The translations under genes were made by a program, and so were the position numbers. Of a DNA stretch of 64,000 bases, positions 44,821 to 64,000 are shown piece by piece (position 1 is the first letter of the stretch; each line of letters opens with the position of its first letter). Below the pieces are notes generated by a model that was not told the DNA's origin, did no database searches, and saw only the letters and a list, made by a program, of their open reading frames with translations. Location of the stretch: positions 868,001 to 932,000 of the forward strand of contig OZ218950.1 in NCBI GenBank assembly GCA_965112735.1, given 5' to 3'. The DNA is from Phaeosaccion multiseriatum. Lineage: Eukaryota; Protista; Ochrophyta, other classes.

Positions 44821-46395
44821 CCTTCTGCGACCCAGATGACTCCACGGCTGCTGCTGCTGCTACGGCGCCGGCGCTACACCCACCTCTCTTGGGGGGGGGC
44901 AGAGCAAGGCAGCTTTCGCTCGACTGAGGAATCCTTTCCTGGGTGGTGTATTGATCTCCTCTTGCTGGCGTGTGCGGCTCTGCTCTACCCAGGTAAGTGC
45001 AAGTCACAACACAGGTGGGGCAGGCGATTGGGGTCTGTGAAAGAGAAGACAAAGGAGAAAGGGCGGGAGGGAAAGGGGAACAAGACGCACGCACGTGCAA
45101 AATATGAGTCGTGTGGGGCCCACAGAGTGTGAAGGAGTCGCTATTAAGAACAAATTGCTTCTGTTGGTAGGAAAAAAGAAGCGGCACGGCTTCCACGAGA
45201 GGCACAGGGTGTCACCTGACTCCCCACCTAACATATCCGGGGACGCAGCTCAGCGACACAACCCACGATCCCTCTTATGGTCGTGCTGCTGCTTGCTGCG
45301 CCACTGCTGGCGCCGCAGCTGTTGCTTCTGTGGCAGGTACGTCCACCGTCTGAGTACCGTCCAAAGTACCCCTGGCGGTGTCAGTCGTTTAGTCCCTTCC
45401 CTTCCCCTAAGGCCCAAGTCTGTGCGCTCAGCACTCCTCGTCGTGCCCGCAGAACAGCCCTTTATTTTGGTGTGCCTTTCGCCTCCCCTTTATTAGACCC
45501 TTCCTCCTGGTATGCGGTCAACTTGCAAAAATTCAAGAAGATCTAATCGATTGCGAAGCCCTCTGCCTGGAAAATAGCGTGCCGCAGCAGCGCAGCATCG
45601 CTTCACTCAAGAAGGCAGAGCTTACCCCATCGTACCTTTGTCGTTGTCTTCGCTGGGCAGGGTGTGGCACGAGGAAGAGAGGGTGTGGTAGCAAAGGATG
45701 CCGAGGGCAAATTATTCGCATCTGACCGGAGTGAAATTCAAATTTCTAAACTGAACTGAAATGGTGACAAAATGTTAAAAGCCCCCTGGATGATCCAAAT
45801 CGATATCCCAAATCATCAAACCACAGTGGAGAACGAGAGAGGGCAGGCGAGCGGGGGTGAGTCACGAAGTCTTGATGGCCTGAAGGCCTTCCTCCCCCCG
45901 CTCGGAAGATTCTCCTTTCCCCTTCCCTCCTCTCTCGGCAACTCTTCACTGCCCGTTGGGGCTTATCCGTGTCCATCTGCCCCCCCTCTTCCCTCCCCAC
46001 GGCTCTTTCTTATCCCTCGACTCTGACTCCTTTGCTCACCAGTGATATCTGGGAGATCTCTGTCCTGGAGCTCCTGCTTTGTCGCTGTGGCTGCTGTGCT
46101 GAAGTGCATCTCACCCTGCCTCCTTTTGTGTCCTTCCGTCCACCCCACTCTCCACCGCAGCAGCAGCAGCAGCAGCAGCAGCACGGCAGCAGCAGAAGCG
46201 ATAGAGCCTTCGTTAGACAGGGAGGTGCGGAGGAAGGAGAGCAACGCAGAGCACACGTACCGAGGGTGAGGGGCCTGACTGCTGGCACGAGTTCGCGACG
46301 AGGACCACAGCCCAATCTGACCGAAAGTAGCGACTACTCAGTAGTTCTACCCAATAGGCTGCCCACGCCCATTCTACTTAGCTTAGGCGGGAGAC

Positions 46396-58237
<11,842 letters not shown>

Positions 58238-58436
58238 CGTCACAGGGCAGGAAGGACCCTTTTGATTAAGGACCATCGCATTTTTGGCATTGCAACGGGG
58301 CTTGGCTTTGCTTTGCTTAGCTTAGGTTGGCTTGGCTTGGCTCGGCTTTGCTTGGCTTGACCTACCGCTCGCTTGGGCTTGGGCTACTGAAGGGGCGAGG
58401 GACTGAAGACTGAAGTGGATGAAGGCGATGCGCATG

Positions 58437-58608
58437 ACTGATGTGGACACTCATTCTCCAATGTGTCTACAATCATGTGGGAACTCGGAATGTGTCTACA
58501 ATGAGCAGACTGATGTGGGCAGTCTCCAATGTGTCTACAATCATGTGGGCAGTCTCCAATGTGTCTACAATGGACTGATGTGGACACTCACTCTCCAATG
58601 TGTCTACC
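58437..58608. repeat. ~30-35-bp minisatellite with core CTCCAATGTGTCTACAAT..ATGTGG, ~5 units
   Basis: Direct reading, downstream of the CSE1 stop. Confidence 0.85.
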
Positions 58609-59429
58609 ATGAGCACATTTTGCACACTTTGCGTCGCGTCACTCAGTCATTTAATGTGGCGCGGGTCATTGCAGCAGCAGCAGCATGGGTGTGTATGCAT
58701 TGCGGTTCATTGCAGAAGCAGCAGCAGCAGCAGCAGCAGCAGCAGTTGGTGATACAACAGCAGGGGAAGTGTTGGGGCGACGTGGACTCCCTCTGACCCT
58801 CTCCGCGCCGCGCATCGCTTGATTTGCGCCCTTCTTTGCTGACTGCTTTACCACTTTACCTTGGTATATACCACTCATCTTCATTTATTACTAGTATTAT
58901 TATTCCTGATTTGAAAAAGAAAAAAAAAAAAAAAGGGGACCACACCGTTCCCCGACTGCCTCTCTCCCTGTATCCAGGCCCTCAAGCGGACCATCTGCCC
59001 TCCCCTCCTCCTTTCTCCCAGACTCAAGATTCTTGATGCTTGAACTCACCCTTGGCTGTTCAGTGCCGCCCATGTCCCCATCACCACCTATCGCCCTAGC
59101 TCCGCTCCATCGTCACTAAGCCCACCAAAGCTCTCGGTCTCGGCTACCTGCTGCACTCTCGTCCCCTTCTCTTGTTCGCTGCACGACGGCTGCTGCTGGG
59201 CTGCTCCTCCCCTTGTGCCTTTCCTGCCCGTGAGAGCAGCGGAGGCAGCAGGGCGAGAGGGGGTGCGCGGCTTGCTCGCTCCTCGCTTCTTATGCTTCTC
59301 ATCCACCTCGCGGCCATTCCCCGGGGGGGGGGGGGGGCATGTTGAGCGCTGTCTCTGTCTCTCCCCTCGGCTTCCTCCCTGACTGCTGATGCGTGCATGC
59401 CGTGCATGCCTCTGGTACGTGGCGCTCAT

Positions 59430-59612
59430 CTTTCCCTCTGCCTCCTTATCACACCCTCCAACTCGGCAGCGCCTGTTGATGCCTTTTGAGCGCCATGGGA
59501 CACGCACACCCCTCCTTTCCGCACCTTCATGCCGCATCCCTCTACTCGACAGAGCTTGACTTGCCTTGCTGAGCGCCATGGGAAACACCCACCCTTGCTT
59601 CGTATGCTTATC
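59430..59612 (-). pseudogene. Degenerate, frameshifted CxxxxC...CxxH (WRKY19-like zinc-finger) repeat fragment
   Basis: One intact unit, CRVEGCGMKVRKGGVCVSHG, is flanked by two out-of-frame units (e.g. RRCRVGGCDKEA). The nucleotide word TCCCATGGCGCTCA is repeated. Confidence 0.55.
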
Positions 59613-59850
59613 CCCTCCCCTCTTCGTCTTCCCCTCGTGTGTGTGTGTGTGTGTTCAAGGCATGGCAGAGGTAGGAGGTGAAGTGGGAGGTGTGTGAGTG
59701 ACAGTGGCGCCACCCTACTGCCGCGTCTGCCATTGCTCCATGCGCATGCCGAAGGATGAGAGAGTCCGGCACTTGCTCGAGGCCGCGTCGCTGAAGGCGC
59801 CACCGCTGCCACCCACCCCAGCCCGGCACAGCTCACGTCCTCCGAGGGTG

Positions 59851-61828
59851 TCACTGGGGTGGAGCAGAGGGGGGAGGGGTAGGGGGAGGACTGGTGCTTC
59901 TGCTCTCGCACTCGGGGGCATGCGCGTCTGTCTCCCCCGTGAGCAGGTTGGCGCAAGTGGAGCGGCAGTCGGTGGACAGGATGTATCCGAGCCGTTTGAA
60001 GACTCGCTGTGTAAGGGCACCAACACAGCGCACCACCTCCGCCTTCGTGGCCCCCGGGGTCATGAGGCTGTTGACTTTCCCTGCGGGGAAGTAGGACTCG
60101 TCGAAGTGACTCATGGAAGACGCGGCGTAGTAGACGCTCGGCGTGTAGATGGGCACACATGTGTCCGCTGCGGCGGGGCGAGGGAGGGAGTGGAGGGACG
60201 GACGAAAGGCAGCAGAAGGAGGGAGAAGAGGGTTAAGAAGCGAAGACCGTGAGTCATCCTAAGCAAAGGAGGAGAGAGAGAAAATTTGAAAAGCGAACTC
60301 ACTCGGCTCGTCCAAAATGCAGAGCGTGCCGGCTGTGAAGATGGCGTTACTGGAGATATTGCGCTGGGACGTTGGAAATGTAATGGGGCTGAGTAGCAGG
60401 CCTGCGGAACCGTTGGTCATGGCCAGCGTGAACAACGAACCGAGGTAATTGGTCACTCGGTTTCCCTTGGTGGGGGAGGGAGAGAGGGGGAGGAGGAGAG
60501 AGAGAAAGAGAGATAGAGGGCGGTGAGGGGAGTTAAGGTCGGTAGGGATGTTTGCTGTCCTCATGTGCAGGTGTGGAGGTAGCAGCAGCAGCGCCCACGC
60601 TGAAAACAACAGCAAGACAGGCCCATCCCACCAGCTCTACCAACTCAAGAGTGTCAGTGTTCCTACTACGATTTCTCTCCTCTTTCTCCCTCTTCCCCCG
60701 TCTCTTTCTCCCTCTCTCTCGCCCTCTCTTCTTCTCACTATCCCCCCCCCCCCCCCCTCTCTCTCTGTCGCCCGTCTCACTATGCCTTGACTCACTTGGT
60801 TGTCCGCGTACTCCGTCCAAAAGGCGCTTTGCACGCCCGTTCGATTGTTTTGGTGAACTCTTAATGGATCGTAGAAGCCCAGCGTGTGCCCGATCTCGTG
60901 CGCCATTACAGTCGTGAAATCGATCTGTGGGGCACGTGCGTGCGTGCGTGCGTAAGGAGGAGGGGTGGGAGGAGTCAGCAGCAGAGCAGACAGCTGTGTC
61001 AGTCGCCAGCTGTTCTGTTGGCCCCCTTCACTCGATCTTGCGATACTTTTCGCTTGGGGCTTTTGGTGTCCCCCCTCCTTCCCCTCCGCCCCGATAGGAA
61101 GCTCAGCAAATGGCGTGGCCAGGCAAGAGTGACGGCCTCACCTCGTTCGAAGCGATATCCGTGCCGTCTCCGTAGTGCCAGTCAACGTATCGATTGAACT
61201 TAATGTCGCCGTCGAACTCCACCCCGATCTCGTCCTCGCTGAAGGCCCCCCCGTAGCGAAGCTGTGCCGGGGTCCTGTCCAGATACAGTTCTCTCCCGTC
61301 AGAGTAGGAATACTTGACGGGGAGAAAGTCGACCAGTGTGCCCGCCAATGTAGTCTCGCCCAGCTCTTTCAGGTCCGCCACAGGGTCGATGCGGAGGCGG
61401 ATCGGACTTCCACGGCCAGGCTCAAAAATATCCGCCCACATGCACAGAGATTCGGCCGTGGCCGCCTCTGCCTGCCTCACTTCCCCGGCTGGGGCCGGGC
61501 TGGGCGAGAAGGTCACGTTAAACACTGAGGAGAAGTCGCAGCCCGGGGCCAGTCTCCTTCGTGTGCCGCCACTTCCCTGTCCGTCCGCCACCACCTCGAC
61601 CCTCTCCACTCTCGTGTGAGTCGGGCCCTTCGAAGGGTCCCACAACACCGGCGTCTTGATGGTCCTTCTTGCCCCGGGCACCAACGTCGCCGTGCAGTTT
61701 CCGGCTCGTAAGTCGGCCTCCAGGGAGGCCAAGGTATCCCTTGTTGGTGCTGCTGCTGCCGCGGCTGCTACTGCTGGAAAGGGAAGCAGCAGCTGCAGAG
61801 CACCGAGCCACACTTGCAGGGACTGCAT
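59851..61828 (-). CDS. Secreted zinc metalloprotease (HExxH-type); 4 exons
   Basis: Signal peptide MQSLQVWLGALQLLLPFPAVAAA; DGDIKFN..VDWHYG..NE|IDFTTVMAHEIGHTLGF; IYTPSVYYAASSMSHFD...SLMTP (Met-turn-like). Splice phases are consistent. Confidence 0.82.
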
Positions 61829-62419
61829 CGGAGGCGGCGTTGTGATCAAGAGCTCATGTTTGCTGTGCCTAAGTGCATTTCACGAAAAAGGGCTCACTTT
61901 TGCGGACCCCCTCGTCGTCGTCGTCCTGTGACCGTGAGGCCTCCATTCAGCGTTGAGATTCCTGGAGAAAATTCAGTGGTCGAGAAGAAAGAGGCTGTGA
62001 GAGAGAGCGACCGAGTGGGTGACGGGCGGCGGCCTTAAGCAGTGCAGCAGAGAAGAGGGCGGAAGGGAAGGGTCTCCCCTGCCTGGTGCGTCAAGCAAAC
62101 TGTGATCCGCCCCCCGCTCATTCGCCTATTCGCTCTTAGACCTTGGAGAAAGGCTCGAATAAGGGACCTCAGATGGCGTAGCGAAGTATATATATATATA
62201 ATATATGGACGTCTCGAGACAGCCAAAAAGCCCCGCGCCCCCCCTCCATATCGAAGCTGAAACGTGCGGACAGCTCTCTGGCGATGAGCGATGCCATCGA
62301 CATGAGTGCCCACTTGAGTCTGTGGAAATAGGTGAGGGTCTATCGGTGGGAAAGTGTAGCAAGCAATGAAAATCAAGTCCAGGGGCTCTCTAGATGTTCA
62401 AGTGTCTGCTCTCTTTTCC

Positions 62420-62541
62420 ACCTTTCGTATTCCCTCACTTGAAAACGAATCAGAGGAGGTGGGTCCATGGACACCTCAATACCTTTCGTATTCCCTCACT
62501 TGAAAACGAATCAGAGGAGGTGGGTCCATGGACACCTCAAT
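62420..62541. repeat. ~61-bp direct tandem duplication
   Basis: ACCTTTCGTATTCCCTCACTTGAAAACGAATCAGAGGAGGTGGGTCCATGGACACCTCAAT occurs twice. Confidence 0.92.
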
Positions 62542-62631
62542 GCCGTCGGCCCTCCCTCTCCTTGCTCTCGAGTTGGGGTCTCCCTTGCCCCCAAGCCCTA
62601 CACACGCACGAACGCGCTCACGTACGCACTC

Positions 62632-62964
62632 CTACGTCCCAGCGGTTCCACCCCTCGCCCGCCAACCCTCTTTGGGCCGTCGCCGGAGAGACTGCAGAAG
62701 AGCCGGGACGATGACGATGCTGCCTCCGCTCCTCAGCGTCTCGTCGGGGTTGGGCACCGAGATGCCCAAATAGTCCTGCAGGACGTCGTCTACAGCGCCT
62801 GGGGTGGGGGGGGGTAGAGGCGTATAGGCAAGACGTAAGAGACCACAACAGGAAAGAAGGGGGGCACGTGCGGAAAATAAAGTGCGTTACCTATCCTCTC
62901 CATGGCGGTGGCGGTGCTGCTACTACTGCTGCCCTCCTGGTCTTGCTCCTGCTGTAGCACCAAC

Positions 62965-63005
<41 letters not shown>

Positions 63006-63571
63006 CCCTCGAGCGATGCCCCCTCCTCGCCTCCGTGAGCCCACCAGGATCTCGAGCTCCCTGCTGGGGTCGTGACGGTACATTCCAGGGGGGTACATCC
63101 CAGGGGGGTACATCCCAGGGGTGGAAGGGCGGCTGCTGCTGCTGCTGCTGCTGCCTCCCTGCTCTGTGCCAGGGCTGGTATCTCCTGCTGACCAACGGTT
63201 CGCATTCGGGGGCAGAGTTACAGAGTGTGAGACTTGTTGTGTATGTGGATGACAGGAAGAGGAGGCACCACAGCAGCGAGCATACGCGAGGAAAGAAAAG
63301 GGCAAGTTGAAGTTGATGGATGATGACTTGCTCGTCCAGTGGTCGCAGAAGGGCAAGCTGGAGCCACATCCACTCTCTTCATCTTTGGATCTCTCTCCCT
63401 CCCTCCCTCTCTCTCTCTCTCATTCTCTCTCATTCTCTCTCTCTCTGTGGCCTTTGCTGCGGCCTGGAGTGCCCTTTTCGCCTCGCACGTGAGGCGACAT
63501 GCGAATGAAGAGCACACCGCACACACGCATGTCGGCACACGGACACGCACACATACACACATATGTGTACG

Positions 63572-63606
<35 letters not shown>

Positions 63607-64000
63607 GCGCGCGCGCGCACCTGCAATGTCCTCGAGCACGAGGCGTAAGAGGTCGGCGGAGAGGGAGGGGCTGAAGCGCCTTAGATCCAGCACGCCGAGT
63701 CGACGGCTGCTCCAGGGGGACAGCACACCGGAGGAGAGAGCGTCTCTGCGGGGAGAGGCAGAGGATGGGTGGGTGGGGAGGGGGGGTGGGAGGGGGTGGG
63801 AGGGGTTGGGAGGGGGTCAAGACAAGGGGTCACTGAGAAGGAGCACTCTTTCATCCCGTCTCAGGTAGTTGTGTGGAAAGGGCGACATGGGTGTGACAGA
63901 GACAAGAGACGCCGTCGCCCATCCGTCTGTCAACCTGAAACTAAAACTGAAACTGAAACTGACCAGTCTGTCTCCTGTGCAGCACGCAAGCAACTTGTCC
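62632..64000 (-). CDS. 3' end of a probable Smr-domain (possibly PPR-Smr-like) protein; gene enters from the right edge
   Basis: Phase-consistent exons: [31 protein letters not shown] / ELEILVGSRRRGG / AVDDVLQDYLGISVPNP..GSIVIVP...TAG. This resembles a degenerate Smr fold (LDLHG..., xIxxGxG) with a large insertion. Confidence 0.45.

Overview
This is eukaryotic, intron-rich, GC-rich nuclear DNA whose introns are packed with microsatellites. Bipartite plastid-targeting presequences, ciliary genes and CxxxxC...CxxH repeats suggest a photosynthetic, flagellated stramenopile (ochrophyte); that assignment is inference. I traced 15 spliced genes by hand: a DEG7/Nma111 protease (cut by the left edge), an AlkB-type alkane 1-monooxygenase, a signal-peptide-bearing SPY/OGT-like GT41, a truncated membrane-tailed IFT144/WDR19-like propeller, a small plastid membrane protein, two tandem LITAF genes, a phosducin-like protein, CFAP52, class III ADH/GSNOR, DNA polymerase eta, CKS1, CSE1/exportin-2, a secreted zinc metalloprotease, and the 3' end of a probable Smr-domain protein (cut by the right edge). 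Also present: a ~1.75 kb tandem duplication, a TIR-bounded MITE-like element with an internal ~30-bp array, and a degenerate telomere-like array. Most unusual observations: (i) two short dispersed motifs, CAGTTGGTGATACAG inside CAG tracts and CCATCCACTGCCATCC, which recur far above chance in exons and introns, one copy supplying a splice acceptor; (ii) a mini-IFT144 with a C-terminal hydrophobic tail; (iii) a secretory-pathway GT41; (iv) a potentially dual-targeted formaldehyde/GSNO dehydrogenase head-to-head with Pol eta. Exon boundaries are manual reads and may be off by a few bases. No database searches were run.
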